64,000 bases of DNA from Psammoneis japonica (Eukaryota): positions 124,001 to 188,000 of the forward strand of contig QPGO01000005.1 in assembly GCA_008632985.1 (NCBI GenBank), written 5' to 3'. Shown here one piece after another: positions 11,530 through 22,975 of the stretch. Made by a program: the position numbers and the translations under genes. How positions within the stretch are numbered: position 1 is the stretch's first letter; the number at the start of each line of letters is the position of its first letter. The notes beneath the pieces were generated by a model. That model had not been told where the DNA came from. It ran no database searches and saw only the letters and a program-made list of their open reading frames with translations.

Positions 11530-14365
11530 TGACAGACATCCGAGATGGGGAGTGCACTCCCTTGTGTCGGACAGACTGGCATGGACAGCATGGAGAGATC
11601 CGATGATCTCTCCTTTGCTCACTTTCTTTCTCATCCAGTGCGCGATTGTCATCTGTCCCAGACATCCGTTAGATTGTCCCGACGCCGCTAGTCTGCAAGG
11701 TTGTGAGCAGCAGTGCACTGTTTTCCTCTTCCTCTGTGCTCCTCTGTTGCAACACCCGTTGTGTGATTTGGCAATTTTTCTTCGTTGAAATCGTCATCAT
11801 TGTCACAGCCATTTTTTTGCCTCTCGATTTGTGATCAGATGACCACCGTAGAATGCATGCCAGCATTCCATGCAGGAATTTGATTTTTTCCCACGCAACC
11901 ATGATCATCCAAAATCAAAACGCCGTCGATTTGACCAAGATCAAGACGGCACGGGTTGAATTCAACCCACACAATCGCTTGCCCGATGCCCACATTTTCC
12001 TGAATGCCCTTTGTTCGGACGATCCCTGCTCCTGAAGATCTTTTGGATGGACTCACTCCTCAAGGCCTCAAGCGCAATGCTGTTGCCATCCTCCGTCACA
12101 AGATCGTTCAGAATCTTGTCATCCCTGAAGCTGCCTTGACCAAAGATCTTGCACGAATCGGGCCGATCATTGAAAAGGCTCCTCTCTGTGTGGCCACCCC
12201 TCAAGGATCCCCGGTTCGTCTGAACCTCAGCAGTCTTCAGAAGGCCATGATCGAAGCAATCACAGAGAACGACGACACCACAAAGGCATGTGTTGGCACT
12301 TTGCGTTTCCATTTCTGTCCTGGTTTCCAGCATTGTGATTGCTGGGATGACATTTCAGATGATCCGCATCCAGTCCCATGGTCTGCTTCAAGTTCTGCAT
12401 CTCCACTGGTTGCTGCTGCAGGCCCCACTCCTGAAGACTTTGCCAAGGCCTTGGCAACTCATTCACCTGGTCCAAACGAGTGTGGGCAAGCTGTGACCAA
12501 TGGATTGAAGAGCATTTTGAGTTCTCATGCATGCGCTGAGTCCAAGTTGTGCCCAGATCCCACCTCTGCCACCAGTGGCTGCAACACTGCTGTTGCATCT
12601 CGTGGCAAAGATGCGCTCACTGTGGACTCTCGGATGGACCCTGTGGATGACAGTTCCTTGAACATCAAGTCTGCTGTGTCTGTTGTGGAACCGGTGGGTG
12701 AGCCATCTGCAGATGTTGATGCTGGATCCCTTGAACTTCCTGCCGAATCCACAGTCCTTCCTGCTGACGTCCACTCCTGCCCACTTGAGACCCCGAAGTT
12801 TTTTGTTTCTGGCTGTTCCATTGTTCCACACAAAGATGGTCATGTTCACCTCCAGGATGGACTTCCCTCCATTGCCAAGGTCACACCAAAGCTGCTTGCC
12901 ACCTGTGTGCCACTGTCATCTGACACTTGCGGATGCCGCCAGTGCTCTGTTGGTTGTCAAGTTGATTCGCACTCGGATTTTTGGTTTGGCCGTCGTTGGT
13001 TTTGGACACACAGCGCTGCCATTCCTTCCATTGTCCGAACAAGACCAACAGGAGTGGGGCAGTTGTGAAAGAGGGCCACGGAGTCTTGCCACCTTCCGCC
13101 ACTCCATCTCTTTCCTCCATTGTCAGGACCATTGTCGTGTCTAAAAGTGCTTTTCATGGTGCTCCAGACCTGTCCACCATCGCTGACGATGATCCTTTGA
13201 TTCTTGATCAGGGGAGGGCGCATTGTGGCGCAGAGGAAGTGTGCAAGATTGATCAGTGCGCAACAGTCTCCACTGGAAAAATGTTGGGTGACCAAGATTC
13301 GCACGTCACGGAGAATTCCACGACCACACGTCGATCTTCTTCTGACAATGAAGCACTCCAGGCTGTGTTCTGTTTGCTCACTGAGCTTGGAAGCGGGGCA
13401 ACCCAGAAAGAGGGCAACCGCGTCTCGTTGCCTCCCACTGCATCACTTCTGTCCTTCGCCGTCAGGACCGTTGTTGCTTCAAACGGCATTTTTCCTGGCA
13501 CCCCCGACCCATCGACCATCCCTGATGATGACCCCACATTTTTTGATCAGGGGAGGGATCCCCACAGCACAGTGAAAGCATGCAAGGCTGCTGAGCATTC
13601 AGCATTCTTCCAAGATGCCTTCTGTGATGATCACATTTTGCACGCCGTGCGATGCTCACCTTTGATGCGTCACTGTTCTTCCGACGTTGAGCGATTTTAC
13701 GAAGCATTTTGTCTGTCCAATGTGTTTTTCAGGGGCAACACAAAATGTGGCAGATTTTTTGGTTTGTCAGGAGGGCCGCCATTGCTTCATTTTCACCGCA
13801 TCCTTCGCCATGGTGGATTTCCATTTTTTGGCCCCATCTCTTCCGATGATTTTTGGCGACAGCATGACTCGCCAGAATGTCCCGTTGTGGTCGATCATTT
13901 AGGAACTGACAAAATTGTTCTTTGGTGCACAACTCAATTTGTCCAAAAGATTTGTTGGGAGCTGACTTTGATGTTTTTTGTCGAAGACCGATGCATTGAA
14001 CGCGGGATGGATGTTTTAGTCCCGACATGCTTGTCGCTTGTTGGGGTGTTGTCGTTGATTGTTGTCGTGTTTGCGGATCAAGTCTTGGCCATTTCTTTTG
14101 GTTCTTTCTCTTTGTTCCTGCTGTTCTGGTCCTCTCTTTTTATTCGGATCGTCTCTTTCTTTCTTGTTGAGCATTGCATGGCTCATCAGGGGAGGGTGAC
14201 AGACATCCAAGATGGGGAGTGCACTCCCTTGTGTCGGACAGACTGGCACACACAGCATGGAGAGATCCGATGATCTCTCCTTTGCTCACTTTCTTTCTCA
14301 TCTAGTGCGCGATTGTCATCTGTCCTAGACATCCGTTAGATTGTCCCGATGCCGCTAGTCCGTAA
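11530..14365 (+). mobile_element. Complete 2.84-kb non-autonomous copia-like LTR element, copy B (gag-like ORFs, no pol)
   Basis: 169-bp LTRs at 11530-11698 and 14197-14365 (9 mismatches); PBS-like GGTTGTGAGC at 11699; PPT ATCAGGGGAGGG at 14185-14196; near-TSD AGGAC/ATGAC; no RT/INT motifs seen. Confidence 0.88.
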
Positions 14366-15539
14366 ATGACTGACAACAATGACAACGACAAAGGCCTCCC
14401 AGGCAAATTAAATGTTCTCAATGACACAGCCAAAGCAAAGGCTGCCTTTTTTGCCGCTCAAACAAAGTTCAATGACAAAGAACCAGTCAAATCCAACAAC
14501 TCCACCCACTCTCTTCTGGCCACATTCTGTGACAAGAATGTGCTCAAGGTGCCAGAAGTGATGGCAGCCAAGATGAGGAAGACAACATCCTCTTTCTGGA
14601 AACAGCAACTTGGGTGACAAGTGACTTGACCAGTTTGTTGCAAACACACCTTCAAATGACAGGAAAATGAGAGAAAAGTCAAGGCTGTGGTTTTGTCCAA
14701 CCAAGGCCAACAAGAGCCAAGACACAAGCCCCCTTTTGACCCAACACAAATGCCTTCTGGCTTTTCCACATCCTCTTCCAACTTTTCCTCCTTGTCAGAC
14801 TCCAGCATCTCAAGCAGCAGCACAGAGAAGTGCTTTGAACCCAAAGACACATGATGCTCACCTCCCTGTGACAGCAGCAACACTGGCCTGTGTGAGATTG
14901 CTGCTGAGGCAGAGCTCTCCTTCTGAGAAAGACCATCACCAGCCCCTTGTGCTTCCCAAAGATGAGCCCTCTAAAAAAAGAAAGCGTCAGCACTGCAAAA
15001 GTGTGAGAGCACTTTGTCAAGTCTGCTCAGCAAAAGCAGAAAGATTGTCATGAAGGAAGGTGCCTTGAGAGAAAAGCTTCCAACTCAGAAACACCACGTG
15101 GGGTGACCCAAATCAAGAAGAGTGCACACTGCCAAGACCCAACCCTCAAACAAAAACAACATGGCTTGAAATTACATGAGCAATGGGCTGGCATGGAGCA
15201 CCTTTCAAACTGGCACTTTGCTCCAACAGCAGGGACAAGAGTGGCGGCACACGCGCCACAGAGCATGCTGGTGGCTCCTCATCCTTCATCACCAGGAGCT
15301 CTGGACATGAAGTGAGGAGGTGTGGAACCCGTGTCAGATTGCATTGACATGCTCGCGAGCACCAAGTTTTGGAGTTTGCCCCCATGTAAAATCTGGCACA
15401 CTCAGTTTTGAACTCAGCACACATCGACATGGTCATGTCGCAAGGTCATGCCAAGTGCGCAGGCAGCTCAAAGCGAGCAAACGCAATGGAAGACCGTTGT
15501 TCATCAGCTGATGACAATTTTCCGTTCAGATCACCCCTG

Positions 15540-17725
15540 TGGTGGGGGAGCTGTGTGTGTGTTCGTGGTTGCGCACGCACGGCTTCGCCGTGCATTGAGT
15601 TTCAATGTCAATGTCCACATGCATGTGTGTGTTCCACAAGCAAAAATTCCTGTTCCACAGCTCCCCTGAAACTCTGACCACCAAAAACCGAGGGTGCGAA
15701 ACACACTTTTGGCAGCTCCTTTTCTCCGCACAAAAAACACGTGTTTTGATGACTCGACCATGACGATGCCTCGTGGTTCTTCCCCATTGCCTTCCCAGGA
15801 CACCAACCCCACTGATGCCATTGATGACAACACTGATGCAACAGGCAATGTCATTGTTCCGGTTCTCGTGGGTGCGATGCACACCAAATGAGATGCCACA
15901 AACTCACACTGTTGTTTGAACGCTCCACCGCCTCCCACAGATGCCATCACAAATTCCAATGCCACACCTGTGTTTTGGGCCCCCAGCATGCCCGACACTG
16001 TTGCTCCCACCCTTGCTGATGCAGGCACTGTTGACACTGTCATTGGCTTTTGCCAATGACGTCCACAAAGAAATGCCAACAACTCACACTTCTTTCATTC
16101 TCCCCCCACTGCCTGCCACAGATGCTGTCACGAATTCCAATGCCACACCTGCATTTTGGTCCCCCAGCATGCCCAGCACTGTTGCTCCCACCCTCACTGC
16201 TGCAGGCACTGTTGACACTGTTGTTGGCTTTTGCCAACAACGTCCACAATGAAATGCCAGCAACTCACACTTCTTTCATTCTCACCCCACCACCTGCCAC
16301 AGACACTGTCCCGAATTCCAATGCCGCACCTGCGTTTCGGTCCCCTGGCATGCCCGACACTGTCAATCCCACCCCCACTGCTGCAGGCACTGTTGACACT
16401 GTTGTTGTTTTTGCTTTGGAAGGAGCACAATGGATGACAGCGGACCAGGAAACTTGCGCAACCACGGCCTGCCAATGGATGAGTGTTGGTGTCATGGCTC
16501 TTGTGCTTTCTGTGTTTGTTCATGGTTTTCTGGTTTCGGTTCAAGGAAACTTGCAGCCCGTCAGGCAAAGACATGGCAATCAATTTTCAGACATTGCAAG
16601 CGTGAACACCCGTGTTGCACAAGTGTTCAGTGGGCTCTTTGCCTGCCCTTTGCTGGCCTGCAACATCAATGGACGTGAACAGTGCCTCTTGGTTGGCTCT
16701 CGAGTGCAGTCTGATCTTTAGAATGTGCAGACACATCATGCAGTTCTCTGTAAATTAGAAACCTGATGCAGAGCAACAATTAGATGGCAGGCATGCTTTC
16801 ACAGTTTTGTGCCATTTTTGTAAGTTGCTAAAACAGAGGCAGGTGGCAACATGCTTTTGGCAAATGCGCACTGTGTTTGTCACTGTTGGACCTTCAAAAC
16901 TGGTGCCATGCCGACAGCTGTGCTGCTGCTTTGCACACCGGCACCTTCTCTGCCCACATTCCATTGGCTGCATTCTCCTTCACTTGTTGCTGCGGTTCAT
17001 CTTGACACCGAGTCTCAATCACCTCCAGACAGAGGAGGTTCTGCTTGGGAGGCATCCTGAGAAAGCCATCGCCACACCTCCCAGATGCTCCTCTGCCACG
17101 CCCACACCCACGCCCATGCAAGGAGCATTGACCAGCACATTGCTGCTCGCGGAACCCGTGCCTTCGTTGTTTCTTTTGTTTTTTGACATGGTTCAGGAGC
17201 TGCACCCAAGATCGTTTGAGAGACGGCTCATCAGTGCCTTCCACAACACGACGACATGAACGAAAATCGAGTTTCTCCGGGAACGCAATTGCAGGAGCAG
17301 ACCAATCCCCGAGCTGCGTTTGTGTTTCAGGCACCGGATCCGGTGAACAGAAGCACAAATCTTTGTTTGGGTAACGACAGCGGGTGTGATGGCACCGGCC
17401 AATGCAGGAGGGACTGCCGCATCAGACATGGCAGGCGGGGATGCGTCAGGTGGTGCAGGGGACGAAGAACGGGAGGTCGTCATGGTCGAGTCGTCAAAAC
17501 GCGTGATGTTTTGGTGTGCGCAGTCTTCCCAAAAAGTGCGCTTCCGTACCCTCGGTTTTTGGTTGTTAGAGTTTTAGAGGAGAACATGGTTCAGGATTTT
17601 TCCTGCTACTATTAGCATCTGTGTACAAATGCATAAATAAATTTGAGCACATTTATATAAAAATATAATGAATAAGATATAAATCTGCCACGTAACCATG
17701 ACATCACCAGCCATATTCTCCCCTA
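15540..17725. mobile_element. Region bounded by diverged inverted ~130-230-bp sequences (long-TIR element, or two related elements facing each other)
   Basis: 15640-15775 aligns to the reverse complement of 17475-17605 (CCAAAAACCGAGGGT...GTTTTGA(T/C)GACTCGACCATGACGA). Each arm leads into an inward-pointing ATG ACG ORF. No TSD found. Confidence 0.55.
15885..16410 (+). repeat. Tandem repeat, ~3 x 181 bp
   Basis: AATTCCAATGCC at 15952, 16133 and 16314. Confidence 0.92.
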
Positions 17726-18240
17726 CAAGCTTATTACGCGCGCTTGTGGCTCAGAGTAGGCCTACGTAGGTTTTATACTGGGATTAACTCGACTAACCTG
17801 GCTCTTGACGCCAAAGCACGACAAAACAACACGTGAATCCTTTGCCGTCGTTTATTTGTCAACCACGAAGAATTACCAAGCCAATGAGACATATATGATC
17901 CGCAAGTACCTCATTGATATAGCTGTACCCAAATGGCTTGGTAACTATTCCGGGTGGGCCCGAACTCGTTCGACGGAACGTGTCATCGTGGTGGTGTCGC
18001 GTGCCAAAAATCGGTGGTTGTCAATTCGTAATGATATATGAATGACTATATAAATAATTAAAAATTCTGGTATGTAACGTAGAATGCTACTGGGGTCGGT
18101 ACGAAAAGCAGTAAGCTTGTACCAAAGGGGTGCCATAGGCTCTTTCTTGAACCTTGAACTTGAGCCTTATGGGGGTGCGTTCAGATTTCGAAAATGTAAT
18201 GTTCATCATCGGTGCCTTTGAACGTTTGATGTTCAGAGCA

Positions 18241-18523
18241 AAATCGAAAATTGAATTTCGAGCGTTGGGAGCTCACATTTTCGAAACAAATCTTGCAGAG
18301 AGGACGAAAATTTGTTCTCTAGAGGGCGTGGGTCTTGCGTTTACCCCATAAGCACTCCTTTCATGAAGAGCTCTTTAAATTCGAAAAATTGGATTTCGAG
18401 CGTTGGGACCTCACATTTTTTCGAAACAAATTTTGCAGACAGGACGAAAATTTTGTTTTAGGTCTCTAGTAGAGGGCGTGGGTCTTGCGTTTACCCCATA
18501 AGCACTCCTTTCATGAAGAGCTC
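18241..18523 (+). repeat. Tandem duplication, 2 x ~140 bp
   Basis: AGAGGGCGTGGGTCTTGCGTTTACCCCATAAGCACTCCTTTCATGAAGAGCTC is present twice, and the upstream halves also align. Confidence 0.9.
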
Positions 18524-18852
18524 GTTTAATAGGAAAATGTTTTTGCTACGAGATATTTTGGGTCCCTTTGAGGGTTCCTCGAAAAATCTGTTCTTGCCTG
18601 CAAAAGCCTCAAAAAGGAAGACGATGCTTATTCGTCTCACATTTTCTCTTGAGCAGGTTCTGAGAAGCCGTATCAATCCTCCATAAGAGCAAATCTCGCG
18701 ATGACCAAAACGGTAAGCCACTCTCGTGAATAAAAATAGAACACATGGTATCTCGGATGGTGTGCGTTGTCATGTTCGCTAACTTGCGTGAAATGCGGTA
18801 ACATACATCACATAACTCAGAACGCATCTCACACTCCTCATTTTCAAACCTA

Positions 18853-20143
18853 ATGCATTCTTACTACAAAGATCTACTTCTTCCTAGCGCTCGGTCTTCT
18901 TGGCTCGACAGCCCTGGCAGTCGATTTGCAATGTAACCCCAACTTCGTTAGCGATTCACGTCGCTTGGGTGGGAAAGGGGGCAGTGGCAAGAAGGGCTCC
19001 CCAACCAACCCATCACACTCCGGTGGAAAGAAGGGTGGATCGACCGAGTCATCAGTGTCCAATGGTAAGAAGGGAAAATCCACCAAGTCATCATCTTCCG
19101 GGGGGAAGAAGGGAAAAAAGGGAAGGAAGCGCCCACCTGTCCCGGTTTTTCCTGGACCTGAAGTTGAAAACCTCTCTTGTGTTCATTCTTGCATTGGTGA
19201 CGATGCCTGCGATTCCGACAAAGCTATGGTTGGCGTAGGCTCTTGCGTCTCGTATGAGTATGGCTGCTATGACGTGGTAGGCAGTGTTGGTGACCTCTCG
19301 TGCATTGGAGCCGATGATGAACCAGCATGCTACGAAGTGGTGGGAGACATTAGTGATTACTCATGCTATGGATCGCAAGCCTGTTACGATTTTCACGGTT
19401 CCGTTGGGTTTGACTCCTGCCATGGTTATGAAACCTGTAACGCTGTCCAAGGTACAAACACTTTTGGAGACCATTCTTGTCATGGAGAAGAAACCTGTTT
19501 ATCGTTCAAAGGAAATAACACAGTTGGAGACTATTGCTGTCATGGTTTAAATGCTTGTTACAACTTCGAAGACGTCACAGTCAAAGACCGCAGTTGTAAC
19601 AATTATCAAGGATGCTACACCGTCAAGCAAACAACAATTGGATTCGGAAGCTGCATTGGTGGATATGAAGTCTGTTACAGAGTGACAAATGCAACAATTG
19701 GTGATGCTAGTTGTGTTGGCGAAAATGCCTGCGAAGATGTCGTTTCTACTGTGATTGGCGATGGCTCCTGCTATGGCTACGAAGTCTGTGAAAGCGCTAG
19801 TAACGTCATGATTGGTGATCGCAGCTGCATTGGTAGTGCGACCGCATGCTATGATATCGAAGGCGATGTTGGGAATGATTCCTGCCAAGGCGAAGACGCA
19901 TGTAATTCAGCAACATCCCAGGTCGGGAATGGTTCGTGCCAGGGCTATGAAGCGTGCTACGACGCAACGGCCTCATCCATTGGTGATCGTAGCTGCATTG
20001 GCGATAAATCTTGTGAAGACATCTCCGTCAACGTTGGGAACGATTCTTGCCAGTGCGAGGAGTGCTGCAACTGCTTCGCGAGCGGTGGAACCGACATTTC
20101 GGACAACGCTTGCAACACTCCAGGCGAGTGCTGCCCCCCATGA
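18853..20143 (+). CDS. Secreted Cys-rich repeat protein with RRL motif and Lys/Gly/Ser-rich N-terminal segment
   Basis: Signal peptide IYFFLALGLLGSTALA in frame upstream of ORF 18926 (the ATG at 18853 is 1 nt out of frame, probable indel); many ~18-20-aa repeats (V/I)GxxSCxGxxAC. Confidence 0.85.
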
Positions 20144-20600
20144 GTGACGTAGCAGCAGTTGCTCGCTTTTTTTTTTCAGTTGCTCCCACGCTGTTTGCGA
20201 TTTTCGTTTAAAATGTTCTAGAGTATTTGTTTGTTTGCCACAAAGTTAGAGTGCGCTCGACTCGTGCCATTAGACTATACTCTACGGTACACTAGAGGGG
20301 CATTCCGATGGCCCGTTAGTTTTTCACATCGCTTGTCGGTTTGATTTATCAGCGAAAAGGCACCTCTCCAGAAATTGGGAAAGTTTCAAAACGCTCGTCA
20401 AGCGACTCCCATCATAATTCGAGCTGGTGCTTTTGTTCCAATGCCAACAGCGAAACGAGATATGTTGATCAACGCCACATTCTGTCATGCTTTAGTTGTT
20501 ACCCAGTGACATGTTCGAAATACAAAGCCCGGCACAAGAAATTTCACAAAGTCACTCCGACGAATTCCATTCCTGGTCACTTTTTCTTGTCAATGGCTGT

Positions 20601-21077
20601 CTATGCAGGCAAGACACTTGAGTACTCGCCGCTACTGCTGCTCCGGTTTGCCGGAATCTTATATAATTTATACGCCACTGTGCTCCACAAGAAAAGACTC
20701 GACACTATATAAAGCCGAAATACGTAGACCCAAACAATAGCAATAGGTTCGGTCGAGCCCTTGGCCGCCTCGGCAAAGTCCTTAACGCTCATGAAGAACG
20801 TCAGCACAACGGCATAGACATAGTTGGCCAACACCAACAGAGAGCCAATAATGCTCAACATGCGCCATTCGGAAAAGGACACCACCGCCATGATTCCCAT
20901 GCTGATGTGTCCCCACTCGTTCTCGTCGTGCAACACGATGCGGTTGTAAAGAGCCCACACACAGTAAAACAAGGCAATCTTCCAAACCGACGCATACAGC
21001 GGCCGACGCAAAACCAAGAACCAAGCTACCGCTTGAGATAGGGGCATAAGCAGCATCTTTAGTACGTTGACACTCAT
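20601..21077 (-). CDS. Small multi-pass membrane protein, unknown function
   Basis: 158-aa ATG ORF with several hydrophobic helices. Confidence 0.7.
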   Translation of the reverse strand: MSVNVLKMLLMPLSQAVAWFLVLRRPLYASVWKIALFYCVWALYNRIVLHDENEWGHISMGIMAVVSFSEWRMLSIIGSLLVLANYVYAVVLTFFMSVKDFAEAAKGSTEPIAIVWVYVFRLYIVSSLFLWSTVAYKLYKIPANRSSSSGEYSSVLPA

Positions 21078-21442
21078 AATGACACAAGATAGAACACAGC
21101 AACTGACAGCTGCAACACGGAACAGGTTTATTGGTGTGCCATTGCGCTTTCGCTCAGGTAGGCCTTTGGATAGCGGGGCGATTTTTGGAAAAAAGACGGC
21201 ACCCCCGCATGTGCGCGTGAACGAGTACTGTAAGTGCTTGGGCCATGGGTGTACATACTGCGTGCTACGTAGAGTCTACGTGGCATGATCACGGGAAAAA
21301 AGCCCCCCCCGCGCCCCGTCAAAGTCAAGCGAAGAATGGCAAGGCGCAAGGCAAGAGCGAAGAAAGCATAAAACTACAGTAACACTGCGAGCAATCTGGA
21401 AAATCAGCGATCCGAAGCAGTCATACACAACATGGATGAACC

Positions 21443-22792
21443 ATGGACCACCTTAAGACGAGCGAAGAACGTCGAGCTAGATGGTATTCGACTCTGTGGC
21501 CAAAGTGTGTTCCGGTCACGCCAGCCCGAGACTCCAAAGATTTTTTGCCTAATCATCATGACTCGGTGAAGAGCATCCCCTTTGACTGGTTGCAAGAGCG
21601 CCCAACCAAAATACATCCCATTATAGAAGCTGCCCTGGAGAAAAATGGCTTTGCCGTGGTTTCTGGTGTACTTTCTATGCTGGAATGTGAGGATGCTTTG
21701 TCCTTGGCGTGGGACTACCTTGAAGCTGCCAGCGTTGCGGAGCAGCAATTACACACCACCGGTGAAACAGCCGCTGCTACAGAAGCTCCAGTACGACGAT
21801 TCGACAAATCAACACATGGGTCGAAATATTTTCCACGAGCTGTTGAAGGAGGAATGTTACCGTTTTATGGATCAGGTCACTGTACCTTTGCGTGGAGCAT
21901 TCGATCGCATCAGAATGTGAAGCGAGTGTTTGAGAACGTTTACGGAACCACCAAGCTCGTTTCTTCCTTGGACGGAATTGTACTATGGCGCGGAGGTGAT
22001 CAGGTATGCCCCAAATTGGCGTTTACATAATCAATAAATTCTCAAACGACTGAGGAGAGTCTATCTCACTGTTTATGATCCTCCTCCCTTTTTCAGCATC
22101 GAACGGATGCAGGCTGGTTTCATATGGACCAAAACCCTAGACACAAACCGAACCAAGAATGCATACAGGGACTAGTGAATATGCTTCCAGTGGACAAGAC
22201 AACCGGTGGGAACGTCCTGGTGGCTCAATCTCACAAGCTCTTTCCTCAGCATTACACCAGCGACACAACGCACCCAGCGTCTGAATTTTATAACGACAGA
22301 CTAGATGAGCTTGGCACTGACGATTGGATGGAAATTGACCCTAACGACGAAATGTTATTGAGCGCTGATAATGTTCTCATGTGCCTACTGAATCCTGGTG
22401 ACATGGTTTTGTGGGACTCGAGAGTAGTGCATTGTTCCTATCCCGGAAAGACTAGTGTACCCGACAGCCCAAGGCCAACGGAAGTCAGCACCTTGGTGGA
22501 CGCAGCTCATGGTCTCTGTCGAGCTGGTGTTCTTGTATCCATGATGCCCATAGTACGCGTTGATGACAAGACTTTACAGCGTCGTAGAGAAGCAGTCGAT
22601 AAGGGCCGAACGCTCACGCACTGGGCCAATAAGGTTGCACCCTTGGGTGAAGAGCAACCGGACCAAGTGGCCATGGAGGCGTCCCGCGTTGAAGAGATCA
22701 AGAAATGGCAAAAAAGGACAGAGCAGAAGGTCTTGCTAGAGTACGATGATCTTGACAGTGCTCAGAAAGAATTAGTTGTGGGAGGTGATTGA
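21443..22792 (+). CDS. PhyH-like Fe(II)/2-oxoglutarate dioxygenase (intron 22004-22096)
   Basis: GFAVV..., GWFHMDQ (HxD), IQGLVN, GDMVLWDSRVVHC; the GT-AG intron joins the two ORFs in frame. Confidence 0.9.
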
Positions 22793-22975
22793 TTTTGATG
22801 AACCTCTGAGTTGTGTTGTACCAATCAAACAACAGACATTGATCGGTTCTTCCGCTTTTCCTACCTCTCGATATCAGTTGTGCCAATTCCAGTAAATCAC
22901 GTCCTGCAACGATCCATTATCACTCAGAGTGAAAACAGTTGCACAGCAGAGGACACGATAGGTTCACGCCATTTC

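Larger units (their letters stand above)
2396..15053 (+). pseudogene. Degenerate coding sequence of an unidentified host element, split by the gypsy (3034-11495) and copia-like (11530-14365) insertions
   Basis: Removing both insertions plus one TSD copy each restores an open frame ...QRSPLKR|CQCDTPEATR|TDNNDNDKGLPGKLNVLND... No recognisable domain. Confidence 0.4.
1..17540. other. TpA-depleted, TpG/CpA-enriched transposon block 1 (with a spared island at ~7640-8720)
   Basis: Manual counts: 3 TA in 1-600 and 1 TA in 13081-13680, versus 15 TA in 300 bp of genic 19201-19501. ORFs here are Cys/His-rich and almost Tyr-free. Confidence 0.95.

Noticed and set aside
15885..16410. Tandem array as CRISPR
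   Set aside because: Units are 181 bp, similar along their whole length with no unique spacers; eukaryotic context, no cas genes.
1..17540. Dense overlapping Cys/His-rich ORFs on all six frames as real small proteins or an alternative genetic code
   Set aside because: They follow from the loss of TAA/TAG stops and Tyr codons; adjacent genes use the standard code.
18136..18670. MITE around the 140-bp duplication
   Set aside because: Only weak terminal similarity and no TSD found.
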